Assembly (NCBI GenBank): GCA_029561735.1
Contig: JAKQWZ010000019.1
Coordinates: 19,388-83,387, forward strand
From: Candidatus Omnitrophota bacterium
Lineage (GTDB): Bacteria > Omnitrophota > Gorgyraeia > Gygaellales > Profunditerraquicolaceae
DNA: 64,000 nt
Reading direction: 5' to 3'
Shown here: piece by piece, positions 40,069-50,400 of the stretch
Layout of the letters: each line of letters begins with the position of its first letter
Position numbering within the stretch: position 1 is the first letter of the stretch
The notes under the pieces: model-generated
Seen by the model: only the letters and a program-made list of their open reading frames with translations
Databases searched by the model: none
What the model was told of the DNA's origin: nothing
Translations under genes and position numbers: made by a program

Positions 40069-41185
40069 CTAAGTTAGTTGCCCAGCAGAAACCTCCTATA
40101 ATATAGGAAAGGTCTTTGCCTTTCAGGTCAATCGTATACTGGGTCCATTCCTTATTCAGGATAACCGGGCCCACTCCGGCTGTATCAGAGTCGGAAAACT
40201 CTCCCATGATACCGCCGATTTTAAACTCCTCTATGCGCTCGCCGCCGTTTGCGCCTCGCGCCCAGAAAGTGACTTTCGTTGCTTTAGAAAGGTCAAAACC
40301 TGCATCAACATTTCCCCAGTTATTTGCGGGATTCTGCCAATAAATGCCTGCCCAGCGCGCGCCCTGAGAAGCCTTGCCTGAATAAACAATCTTTAAACAG
40401 GTATCTCCCAGATACGGATCGTCACTTGAAGCAGTATCAATTTTGATATCGCCGTAATCACCCATCCAGCCTGAAGGGATGAAGTGGTTATTCATTGACC
40501 TCTTGTCAGCATAAACATAAAACGGCATGCCTTCCTGCTTCTTACCTTCCGGCTTTACAGTCGGATCAGCTTCAAATTTTATATTATCAATATAAAATCT
40601 GGCTCCGTCAGGATTGGTATCCGCATTGACTACAAAACCAAAACCGCCGATTATTGAAGAAAGGTCTTTACCGGCGAGGTTAATGGTGTACTGTTTCCAG
40701 GTATCAGTCAGCTCAATCGGGCCCATTTCAACAGTTGCCGTATCAGCATAAGTGCCCTTGATTCCGCCGACGATAAATTTCTGGATCACTTCTCCGCCTT
40801 TTGCTCCCCTTGCCCAGAAAGTTACCTTGGTCATTCCGGTAAGGTCAAAACCGCCTTTCTTAGTCCCCCAGTTATTTGCGGGATTCTGCCAATACACTCC
40901 TGCCCAACCCTGATTCTGGGTTTTTTTGCCGCTGTAGTTAATCTCAATGCTTGTTGTGCCTGCTTGAGGATTATCCGCTGACTGATCATTTAATTTGATG
41001 TCACCGTAATCGCCCATCCAGCCTGAAGGGATATAATGGTTATCGCGGGCGTTTTTATCCGTATAAACCACAAATTCCTTCAATTGAGTCTTTGCTGCCG
41101 AACCTGAAGCAGCATAATCTTCGGCTAATGCGCATACAGGCATTGCCAAAAGTAACGCTGCCAGAACTACTAATAATTTCTTCAT
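40016..41185 (-). CDS. Exported protein with two tandem carbohydrate-binding-like domains
   Basis: Signal peptide from ATG 41185 (GGAGG SD); two copies of PSGWMGDYGDIK..WAG.YWQNPANNWG..VTFWARGA.GGE..GKDLS.IIGGF. Confidence 0.78.
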   Translation of the reverse strand: MKKLLVVLAALLLAMPVCALAEDYAASGSAAKTQLKEFVVYTDKNARDNHYIPSGWMGDYGDIKLNDQSADNPQAGTTSIEINYSGKKTQNQGWAGVYWQNPANNWGTKKGGFDLTGMTKVTFWARGAKGGEVIQKFIVGGIKGTYADTATVEMGPIELTDTWKQYTINLAGKDLSSIIGGFGFVVNADTNPDGARFYIDNIKFEADPTVKPEGKKQEGMPFYVYADKRSMNNHFIPSGWMGDYGDIKIDTASSDDPYLGDTCLKIVYSGKASQGARWAGIYWQNPANNWGNVDAGFDLSKATKVTFWARGANGGERIEEFKIGGIMGEFSDSDTAGVGPVILNKEWTQYTIDLKGKDLSYIIGGFCWATNLDANPEGCTFYLDEIKYE

Positions 41186-41253
41186 ACCTGCCTCCCTTTT
41201 AATTTTTTTTATTATAACTCTGTCAACTATTAACTGCCGGCTGATTCCCTCCT

Positions 41254-43611
41254 TTACCTCCACTCCTCTTTATACATAAAATAAGCCTTACGCAGCTGCC
41301 TTAAAAACGGGCTGAGGCTGCCATCGCCCTGACCGGCGATGCCCAGCCATTCCTCATGCATATAGCCATCAGGAAACGGGCCGGTAAACAAACCTTTTTT
41401 ATCATGCACAAACGGCTCATAAGACTTCCACCACTCATCAAGCCATTCAAAGATCACTCCGCCGATAGAATTGCCTTCGCCGCCCTTAAATGCAGAATTG
41501 CCGTATATATCGTCCCATGCGGCTTTATGGTATTCTGCCTGCATATTTTCTGCCGTTTCTTCACTCATGCCTTCGGCATATGCCGGACAGCCGTATTCGG
41601 TTATAAAAACAGGCTTATCTGCCTGTTCTTTAACATCCCTCCAAAGGCGGATAAAGCCAAAATTTCCGCGATAAGCGTTTGTTCCGAAAATATCCACATC
41701 CGGGCAGTTTTTACCGAACTTATCAAGGTAAAGGACGTCACCGTTGCATATGGCTACGGGGTGCTCCGGGTCAATTAATTTGACCGCTTGAGCAACTTCA
41801 TTGGCAAATTTAAAGAACGCGTCCGGCTCCTTATCCGCATTACAGGCATAACCATAGACGTTTTCATTGCCTAAGAGCCAGAACAGGATAAACGGCTCAT
41901 CCTTATATTCAAGGACCATGCTGATCACCGACTGCATCATCTTCTTTTTCTGCTCAGGATCGTTATAGTCGGTGCCGGGGTCCCAGGAAGCGCCTGAGCC
42001 TATGGCGTACTTCCCGAGGAAATCACCCATAATAGTAAGTATACCATAATTTTGCGCTAAATCCCGTAAAAGTTCTTTGTTTACCGGGAAAGGCTGATGA
42101 TACTGCCGGATGGTATTTATCCCCATATCCTTCATCAATTCAAAATCCCCTACTGTCGGCTCGTCTTTATCCTGAATATTATTCCGGTTTTTATCTACAA
42201 ACGAATCATAAGGCCCGTCTATCCTGCAATTTTCATTAAAATCATCAGTCATCCAGTTAGTCTGGGTCCCGTTATCAGGGGACTGTCCGACTTTTGTCGG
42301 CGCATAAGTCACTGCCTGAATCATATAGGGTTTTCCGTCCCTGATCAACTGCCAGTCGCCGTTGTGATACTGCACCAGATGCACTTTGCCTTTGCCTAAA
42401 CGCCTCTTAATGTTCAAAAGGTCGGGCGCAGGCTTAGGTTTGAATTTCTCCAGAGGGCTAACTTTGATAAATTTCCCCGGTTTGACCACAGGGACATCAT
42501 TTGATATCTCATTATCGTAACTGTTTTCAATACGGATATCCGCATCAACCAGCTTATATCCTATCTGCGGATTATGTTTTAATAAATAATTGATTTTCGC
42601 GATTGCAGCCGGGCCGATATACCACGGCGTATGCCAGTAGGTCCAGCCATAACTGCCTGGAAAATGGACAATTACCGCATAATAACATTTTAAGGCATGC
42701 TTTATTAACCCGGCTTTTTCCAGTATCAATCCGAGATAATACAGCTTTACGCCTTGCGGCTCTGTGGAAATGGCCCATTTAAGGAAAGCCGCTTCAATAT
42801 CAGGCGATTGCATAAAATCCCACTGGCTGCCCTCAAGGCGCTTTTCTTTCATTGCCTTTTTAAATTCCGGGTCCCACCTGACAGAAGTTGTATTGGGATA
42901 TATCCCTTCTCCTACAGCTGCGCTCAATCCCTCCTGATCCTTGACAATATATTTATAATCTTTGGTGCCGATATTTTTAAACTCGCCGTATTTTTCATAA
43001 TTGACAATTTCTTCTTTGCCCGGGTCATACAAAATAATCTTAGTCGGAACCTGGCTTACCTTTATCTCAGGGGCTGCAGGCCCGGCCATTATCTCTGGGC
43101 AAGGCGAAACTATTTTCTCATCAGGATTAAGTTTGAGGATGCTTTCTTTTGCCGCCTTAGCCACCTGCCAGAACCAGCCGCGCGGGTCCCAGGCCTGCGA
43201 AAAACAATATTTTTCAACTACGACTTTAAAAACTTTTATTGCTTCGGCGTTCTTGCCCTGATTCCGGAATGATTCTCCCTGAATAAAATAGCATGTTCCC
43301 ACATCGTTTAAAATCTGCACTGCTTCAATATCTTTGCGGTAAGGCGGCATAGTCTTTAACGAAGCCTGTTGCTTGGCTGCTTCAAGGCCGTAAAGATCAA
43401 TACACTCCTGGGTATATTTAAAAGTAGCCTCAACATCTTTTTTACCGTGCGCAGCCCAGGCTTTTACCGTGAGTTCGGAACTGGAAGGCTTATCCTCGGC
43501 AACAGCAGAAAGCCCTGTAAACAAAAAGGCAGCGACAAAGAGAAAACCGAGTATTTTATTTTTACTCTTCGCCGGGCTTGGCATTTTGTCCTTGTTTATC
43601 CGTAATTTCAT
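41254..43611 (-). CDS. Exported TPR + clan GH-A (GH2-like) glycoside hydrolase
   Basis: N-terminal TPR/WDPRGWFW region; MGINTIRQY, WLLGNENV, ITEYGCP, FEWLDEWWK. Confidence 0.8.
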   Translation of the reverse strand: MKLRINKDKMPSPAKSKNKILGFLFVAAFLFTGLSAVAEDKPSSSELTVKAWAAHGKKDVEATFKYTQECIDLYGLEAAKQQASLKTMPPYRKDIEAVQILNDVGTCYFIQGESFRNQGKNAEAIKVFKVVVEKYCFSQAWDPRGWFWQVAKAAKESILKLNPDEKIVSPCPEIMAGPAAPEIKVSQVPTKIILYDPGKEEIVNYEKYGEFKNIGTKDYKYIVKDQEGLSAAVGEGIYPNTTSVRWDPEFKKAMKEKRLEGSQWDFMQSPDIEAAFLKWAISTEPQGVKLYYLGLILEKAGLIKHALKCYYAVIVHFPGSYGWTYWHTPWYIGPAAIAKINYLLKHNPQIGYKLVDADIRIENSYDNEISNDVPVVKPGKFIKVSPLEKFKPKPAPDLLNIKRRLGKGKVHLVQYHNGDWQLIRDGKPYMIQAVTYAPTKVGQSPDNGTQTNWMTDDFNENCRIDGPYDSFVDKNRNNIQDKDEPTVGDFELMKDMGINTIRQYHQPFPVNKELLRDLAQNYGILTIMGDFLGKYAIGSGASWDPGTDYNDPEQKKKMMQSVISMVLEYKDEPFILFWLLGNENVYGYACNADKEPDAFFKFANEVAQAVKLIDPEHPVAICNGDVLYLDKFGKNCPDVDIFGTNAYRGNFGFIRLWRDVKEQADKPVFITEYGCPAYAEGMSEETAENMQAEYHKAAWDDIYGNSAFKGGEGNSIGGVIFEWLDEWWKSYEPFVHDKKGLFTGPFPDGYMHEEWLGIAGQGDGSLSPFLRQLRKAYFMYKEEWR

Positions 43612-44462
43612 CCTACCAGCGCTCCTTGCGTAACTCCCTTGACGATATATTTCTGCATCAGGATATAGACTATAATAATAGGTAAGGCGGTAATTGTCAG
43701 CCCTGCCATTAACAAGGGGTATTTTGTAATAAATTCTCCCTGAAAGGTCATCAAGGCCACCTGCAGAGGCATAAGGTGCTTACTGTCAAAAATAATCAAA
43801 GCCAAGACGTATTCGTTCCATACATTTAAAGCATTAAATACTACGACAACTGCCAAAACCGGTTTTGCCAGAGGCAAAGCCACATTCCACCATATGCCTA
43901 ATTTATTACAGCCGTCAATTCTGGCGGCATCCTCCAGTTCCTTTGGCATTTTATCAAAAAAGGTCTTAAGCAGGAAAATGCTGGTAGACAGCCCGACGTT
44001 AATCATGCAAAGGACATAGCCTATGCTGGTATCCCTTAAATGCAATTTATTCAGCAAAACATACAACGGAACAAAACTTCCCGGAATGGGTATCATCATT
44101 GCCGCCATAAACATTATAAAAAGAATTGTCCTGCCCGGGAATTTAAAACGGGAAAAAGCATAAGCCGCCAGTGACGAAATCACCACTATCCCTACGACTA
44201 CCAGAGACGTATAAAGAATGCTGTTTATAAAATACCTCCCGAATCCGCCTTCAATCCAGGCATGGTAATAATTCTCAAAATGAAACTCCCGCGGGATCAA
44301 AGACATATCCCTGAATATCGTCTCCTGTGTTTTCAGGCTGGAAACGACCATCCAGATCAGCGGCAAAAGGCAGGTCACTGAAACAGAAATCAAAAATAAA
44401 TGTATCAATACATTAACGCTTACTTTTTTAATTTTGTAATAAATAACCGACTTTACTTTCAT
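43608..44462 (-). CDS. Carbohydrate ABC permease (MalG-like)
   Basis: AAYAFSRFKFPG, ELEDAARIDG (EAA motif), WNEY. Confidence 0.93.
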   Translation of the reverse strand: MKVKSVIYYKIKKVSVNVLIHLFLISVSVTCLLPLIWMVVSSLKTQETIFRDMSLIPREFHFENYYHAWIEGGFGRYFINSILYTSLVVVGIVVISSLAAYAFSRFKFPGRTILFIMFMAAMMIPIPGSFVPLYVLLNKLHLRDTSIGYVLCMINVGLSTSIFLLKTFFDKMPKELEDAARIDGCNKLGIWWNVALPLAKPVLAVVVVFNALNVWNEYVLALIIFDSKHLMPLQVALMTFQGEFITKYPLLMAGLTITALPIIIVYILMQKYIVKGVTQGALVG

Positions 44463-45338
44463 TTAAGCTCTTTCCTTTTTGGAGAATCTATACTGGATAA
44501 ATGAAATGGCAACCAAAATTACGCCGAAAGTAATTCCCTGCGCGCAGGCGTAGCCAAAACGCGAGGATGCCCGCATTGACGCCAGTATCCTTAACACCGG
44601 CACCTCTGTATGGTAAGCCGGCCCGCCTCCGGTCATGGCTATGATCAAAACAAATGCCTGCATTGAACCCAATATAGTCAGGATACCCACCAGAACAGCA
44701 ACCGGTATCATCAAAGGTATAGTCACATTTTTAAAAGACTGTCCTGCATTTGCGCCGTCAACGCGCGCTGCTTCATAAAGTTCGCGGGGTATGGTCTGCA
44801 ATCCGGCGAGAAATATCAAAAAGCCCCAGCCAAATCCTTTCCAGCAATGGACTATGGCAACTGCGGTCAAAGCAGTATTGGGGTCAGACAGCCAGTTATG
44901 CGCCAGCCCGGGCAGGCCTATGCCCCGCAGCCACGTATTAAACATGCCGTAATTGCCGTCAAGTATCCACTGCCAGACCAGCCCAACGACTACTTCGGAT
45001 AATACCGGAGGGATAAAAAATATCAACCGGTAGAAATTTTTCATCTTGATTTCGCGGTCGCAGGCAAGCGCCAGTAAAAACGCCACGGCATTCTGAAAAG
45101 TCAGGGCTATCAAAGTAATGTATCCGGCGTTAAGCATCGCATTCCACCAGATCTTGTCCTGTGTGAATATCTCAATGAAATTGCTTAAGCCGATAAAAGT
45201 TTTGGTGGGCAGAATACCGTCCCATTCAAACATCCCGAGCTGAAAAACATAAAGAAACGGTATGAGGTAAAATATAGAAAATATTACTACTGCGGGTGCG
45301 ACAAAAGCGTAGTTTTCTAAAGTATCTTTTATGCGCAT
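44463..45338 (-). CDS. Carbohydrate ABC permease (MalF-like)
   Basis: LAGLQTIPRELYEAARVDGA, MTGGGP. Confidence 0.93.
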   Translation of the reverse strand: MRIKDTLENYAFVAPAVVIFSIFYLIPFLYVFQLGMFEWDGILPTKTFIGLSNFIEIFTQDKIWWNAMLNAGYITLIALTFQNAVAFLLALACDREIKMKNFYRLIFFIPPVLSEVVVGLVWQWILDGNYGMFNTWLRGIGLPGLAHNWLSDPNTALTAVAIVHCWKGFGWGFLIFLAGLQTIPRELYEAARVDGANAGQSFKNVTIPLMIPVAVLVGILTILGSMQAFVLIIAMTGGGPAYHTEVPVLRILASMRASSRFGYACAQGITFGVILVAISFIQYRFSKKERA

Positions 45339-46636
45339 TATCTTTTTTTGGCTAATTCTCTCTCTTTAACGCTCTGCACATGCTGCGCTACCTGTTCCGG
45401 AGTTTTTTCTCCGATGATTATAGATTGTATACCTTTATCAAATGCTTCAATGACTGCCGGAAATTCCGAAACCCCCCAGACATTAGGGTGGGTGCTTGAT
45501 TCAATGGCTCCGGCAAACTGCGCCAGGACTTCAGGTAATTTATTTAAGGTATTCTTATTGGAAGGCAGGTTGTTGGTGGCTTCAGCCAGATACTGCTGCT
45601 GCTCTTTGCCGGTAAGCCACTGCAGGAACTTCACTGCCTCTTCTTTTTTACCGGATTTTGCATTAACCATAAAAGAAGAGCCTGCCCCGCCCCAAATACT
45701 CATCGGGAACTTTTCCGAAACTTTAGGCGGCAGCATTGCCCCGTAATTAAGGTTCGGGTTCATACCTTTATAAACATTTACGCACCATGAGCCGTTGAAC
45801 GCAAACACTGCCCTGCTGTTGGCAAAAAGCTGTTCGGCGTTTTTATTGATCATAGTGACCAGCCCAGTTGCCAATATTCCGGAATCCTGCATATCTTTAA
45901 ATAAAGAAAGTACTTTTACCCAGTCGGGATCAGTATAAGCAACTTTTCCTTTTATTGTATTCAAGACTTTTTCTTTGCCCATTATATTAAAGGCATAGCC
46001 ATTGGCAAAACAGTCTATCATCCAGACCTCTCCCCATCCGGAGACAAGCCCCTGCATTTTGGCCTCTTTTATCTTCTTGCCTATTTCCAGGAATTCCGCA
46101 AAATCTTTCGGAGGTTTATTAAACCCGAGCTGTTTTAAAAGGTCTTTATTGTAAAGCATCTGGATAGTCATTACATCTATGGGCACGCCGTATATCCCCG
46201 GCGGGGTTGAATAATTATTCCCGGGAGCAAACTCATTTACAGCCAAAGCCTTACTGAAAAACTGGTTTTTCCATTCGGAATTATTTGCCAGCATATAAGG
46301 AGATAGGTCAAGAATATGCCCGGCCCTGATAAATGCGCCGAAATCTCTTTTCTCGCCGAGGATACCGAAAACATCAGGAAGGGTGTTGCCTTGGGTTGCT
46401 GCGCGGACTTTCTGGGAATATGCGTCTGAAGGAGCGTAAAGCTCAAAGTTTACTCTGACCCCGGTTTTAGCTTCATAACGCTTGGCAAGCTCCATAAACG
46501 CGGCTTCCCGGTCAGTCATCCAGTGCCAGACCGTGATATAATTCGCATTTTTAGAACCATGCGGAGCGCAACCGGAAATCAATATGCCTGCCGCTACAAT
46601 ACAGATTGCAAATGAAACAAGATAAAATTTTCTCAC
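45338..46636 (-). CDS. Carbohydrate ABC substrate-binding lipoprotein
   Basis: Lipobox ISGC, ITVWHW, LYNKDLL, FNGSW, EAVKFLQWL. Confidence 0.9.
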   Translation of the reverse strand: MRKFYLVSFAICIVAAGILISGCAPHGSKNANYITVWHWMTDREAAFMELAKRYEAKTGVRVNFELYAPSDAYSQKVRAATQGNTLPDVFGILGEKRDFGAFIRAGHILDLSPYMLANNSEWKNQFFSKALAVNEFAPGNNYSTPPGIYGVPIDVMTIQMLYNKDLLKQLGFNKPPKDFAEFLEIGKKIKEAKMQGLVSGWGEVWMIDCFANGYAFNIMGKEKVLNTIKGKVAYTDPDWVKVLSLFKDMQDSGILATGLVTMINKNAEQLFANSRAVFAFNGSWCVNVYKGMNPNLNYGAMLPPKVSEKFPMSIWGGAGSSFMVNAKSGKKEEAVKFLQWLTGKEQQQYLAEATNNLPSNKNTLNKLPEVLAQFAGAIESSTHPNVWGVSEFPAVIEAFDKGIQSIIIGEKTPEQVAQHVQSVKERELAKKR

Positions 46637-46773
46637 TTGAGCTCCTTTCTCTTACCTATATTATAGAGACACGAAAATGTATTGTATCACAGAAAACCCC
46701 TCAATCAAGCGTTAATTACAACGGGTTTTCCAAATTTAACACAAGATTCGGTATCGGTCAAGGCTTAATTTAT

Positions 46774-47481
46774 CTAACATACCCTCAAAACCCGGCTCAA
46801 GCCCATAAGATCGGCTTTTTCCAGATTTACACCCATGCGGAATTCATTGACTCCGGAAGCCTTTGACCAGACTACGTTTCCGCGGGTGTACAAAGGCGCT
46901 CCCTTATCCGGAACATCCAGCCATATTTCCAGCGGAGTGCGCTCTTTAAGCTCTTCAGAAGCGGTAAATCCTACGCCTTTAGCGCTGATATCCACTGTCC
47001 GGGCTTGGATCTCGCGGTTGTTGTTCAAATCAATCAGGCGCATAGGCATGCTGGCGGCAAAACGCTCAAACACTCTCTTGTCCAGCTCTCCTAAATTCTT
47101 CATATTCTCACCCCCCTTTTCTTCTGACTTGAAATGCTGCTGGTCCATCTGCTTGCTAAAATGTTTGCGCATAAATTTATAAATATGTTCCTTATCCGCA
47201 TCCTTGATCTTAGAAAAATAAAGCCCGTAAGTATAAACTCCTTCGCTTGTCTTATGCCAGACTACCCATACCTGCACATCAATTATCAGCTCATTAGTCA
47301 GCTTTAGCTTGAATTTCACAAAAGAATCATCAGGCAATTTCATGCGTAGTTTAATTTTCATGCCTTTGAAATTCAGGTCGCTAAGCAGGCAGTCGCAAAA
47401 ATGCTCCGCCCCTTCAAGCTTTATCTTAGCCTGCCAGTCTGTCTGCCACCTGTTTATTTGCCTGCGGTTACGTATATCCAT
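46774..47481 (-). CDS. Tandem PilZ-domain protein
   Basis: RRQINR + DLNFKG and KRVFER + DISAKG motifs; VWVVW / GNVVW strands. Confidence 0.85.
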   Translation of the reverse strand: MDIRNRRQINRWQTDWQAKIKLEGAEHFCDCLLSDLNFKGMKIKLRMKLPDDSFVKFKLKLTNELIIDVQVWVVWHKTSEGVYTYGLYFSKIKDADKEHIYKFMRKHFSKQMDQQHFKSEEKGGENMKNLGELDKRVFERFAASMPMRLIDLNNNREIQARTVDISAKGVGFTASEELKERTPLEIWLDVPDKGAPLYTRGNVVWSKASGVNEFRMGVNLEKADLMGLSRVLRVC

Positions 47482-50400
47482 TTATCTTATCCTACCTACA
47501 GGGACTGTCCCCGAGGAGCCATTGTTTACTTCAGGCGACGAAGGGGACTGTCCCTTACTCGGGGACACTTCTGTGAGGGATTTCAGAACCGTCCCTACTT
47601 TGCCGCGGACAAATAAATTGCAAGCAGGCGCTAATTCAACCGGCATCCGGCCCCGGCTCTCAATCCTCTGCCAATCTTGGCCAGAGCTATTAAATTTCAT
47701 CGCATCTTCAACATCAGCAATAACAGTTTCTACATATTCAAAAATACCCCGTGCCTGGCAATGAAGCAATAATGATAACTGCGGTTTGGTCAGGGGATAA
47801 CGCAAAGCCACATAATTTCCTTGTCCTGCCTGTTGGGCAGCCCAATCTACGATTTTGCACCACGTCTTTACGCGTTCATAGAAATTCTGGCAGAATGTGC
47901 TGATAGATAAATATAAGCTATTATCCGACGTGGTCAAGATTGCTCCGGCTACAGCCACAAACCTGTTGTTGTGCTCGATCAAATATACGTTCCTGTTTAA
48001 GGCGCGCATGATAAACCCTTCGCCGAGGTTCGTATCATGACCAGTAAGCGTAGTGCCCCACTGAGCCGTAGTCATGTCTGCGTATATATTAAAAGCTTCT
48101 TTTAATAATTCCAAAAACGGCAAATCTTTATCGCTGACAAATTTAATCGCAAATGCCGGATTATTAGTTTTAAAAGATAGCCACAACATCATTATCACTA
48201 TTTCGGCGATTGCGTTTTTTACCAGCCTGTCCGGATTGCTGCCAAGTATCACCAGCAGGCGGCTGGCAACCCTTTCAATAAGCAAAGGGTTATCCAGGCA
48301 AAGTTGAACTAAAGCATTTGTCAAATCATGATTAATACAGCATGGCTGCATATTGATATCAGCAGAATTAATGATCATCTGATCGATATCTTCATCAGTT
48401 GGTATAGTCAAACCATCTTTTACTTGCGATTTAGGCATGACCGAGCCCTCTTTTTCATTTTGGCGAGGGAATCCCGAGCCGCTTCCATTAGGCTTTGAGC
48501 GGCGAGGGGCTCCGCACCCCCCGTCCGCCGGCGGTTCAGGACGTTTGCCTTCTGCAGGATATGTGCCACCCAAATCTTCAATAGCTGTAGGGACTGTCCC
48601 CGCCGTGTCATTTTGCTGGGCGCTCAAAGGGGACTGTCCCTTATCCGGGGACACTTCTGTGAGAGATTTCAGAACCCTGCCTTGCCGGCAGGCAGGCGTC
48701 CCTCCTTTTATATATCCGATTTCAAAAGCATAGGTTAACAAATCAGTGTTGTTGCGCTCAAACCATCCGGATAACTCCTTGAACTCTAGCTCTATATAAT
48801 GATGCAGATACATCCTGCCGATGCTGGTATTAACATAAACGTTGTATTCAAACTGGCGCTTTGGATAACGCAACCTGTTGATCTCATCTCCGAATATTGA
48901 ATCAATATTATTCCACCAAAGATTATGGCACCCTAAAGAACAAGGATCATCGCAAGGCCGGTCTTTGCCCAGCTCATACGAAAAACTTCTACCCGCTCTA
49001 AGCATCACTATAGTAAAATCATCTTTTTGCCAGGGAATAGCCAATCGATTTTCACCGCTGACATAAAAATACCTTTGGCAAACTCTGCCCCTCCAATTTG
49101 AACGGTTAAATCTCAAATGGATGAGCGGAAATAAATTTCGCAGTAAATATTTGAAAGAGGCCGGATAGGGTATCTGTTCCCAGCAATCTACTTCTTTATA
49201 TGTAGTATCCATTAAGCCATCTCCGCCCATACTATCATCAACAAACAAAAGGTTAACAGTGCTTTGGGCTACTATCTCTGCCCATTTATCCATAAATATT
49301 AAATCCGCCTCGCTCTCATGCAGCGAAGGAAGAACTTCGATGGTTGTATCCAGATAATACTCAATTTTTCCCTCATCCAGCCACTCTTGAGCCAAGATAA
49401 ATTCTGCCTGTTTTAACGGTATTCTCCTCTGCTGCGATAACTGCGCAGCAAGCCGGTCAAACTCAAGCTTAGCCTGTTCGGGGTTTTCCAACTGCTGCCA
49501 CCATTGATCAATTGCCCAGACATACGGGACTCCGCTGCGGGCCATGCCAATGACCAATACTGATTTTTTAGTCTGCCTGCTTAAATCAATAGCTACATCA
49601 TTGACATTGCCGGCATCAGCTGCGCTGTGGGCAATCAAACCCTCCAACTGCCAGCGCCGGTAAGCGCTTCCCCGGCTAAAACGGGCTAACTTAATTTCTT
49701 CATCTAATAAATACAGCTGGCTTTTTGTTTCCTCCTGCTTTATTTCCAAACACTGCACTCCCGGGCAAGACGGAATCATTAACAACGGTTCCGGCCCTGG
49801 ATCAATACCGCGAAAAACATTGATCAGAAAATCAAATGCATCCGGATCTTGCTGCGGATAAATTTTACGGATCATGCCGGCCAATTGCTCGCCTAAACAG
49901 TATCCGATTTTGCCTTCTACTTCTTCTACTTCAATTAATTCAGTGCCTTGCGGATTAAATGCAAGGATATATTCCCGAACCCTTTTTATTGCTTCCTCTT
50001 GCGGCAATCCTACTAAAGTAGAACCAAAATTTGATCCTTGCTCATAATTATCTCCCTGCCGCACCCAGCCCGAAGCCAAAACAGCAAAACAAGTGGCAAA
50101 ACAATTATTAGTATCACTATCACACAAACCTAACGCGCATTCCAGGAAATGGCCTGCTTCATGGCAAAATGTATGTTTTTGCCAATGATCTTGCAGGCTT
50201 ATATACTTCCCATATCTGCTATGCTGGCCGTTTATCATGCAATCCGGCAGATTATTAATTTCTTTTTGTGTATCTATTACATAATCTAATGAAAACCAGG
50301 AAAACATGCCTGAAACAATTGTCATAACATAAAATATGAACCAATGATGGCTGTGGAGAACAGGATATAATAACGACAAATATAAGGATATATTAATCAG

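Noticed and set aside
484-46866. Numerous short plus-strand ORFs in the track
   Set aside because: They overlap well-supported minus-strand genes and have no recognisable motifs; only the RAYT ORF is credible.
47309-48733. Plus-strand ORFs 47309-47764 and 48437-48733 sharing GDCPL.GDTSVRDFRT
   Set aside because: Antisense shadows of the giant and PilZ genes; the similarity is just the REP module read on the other strand.
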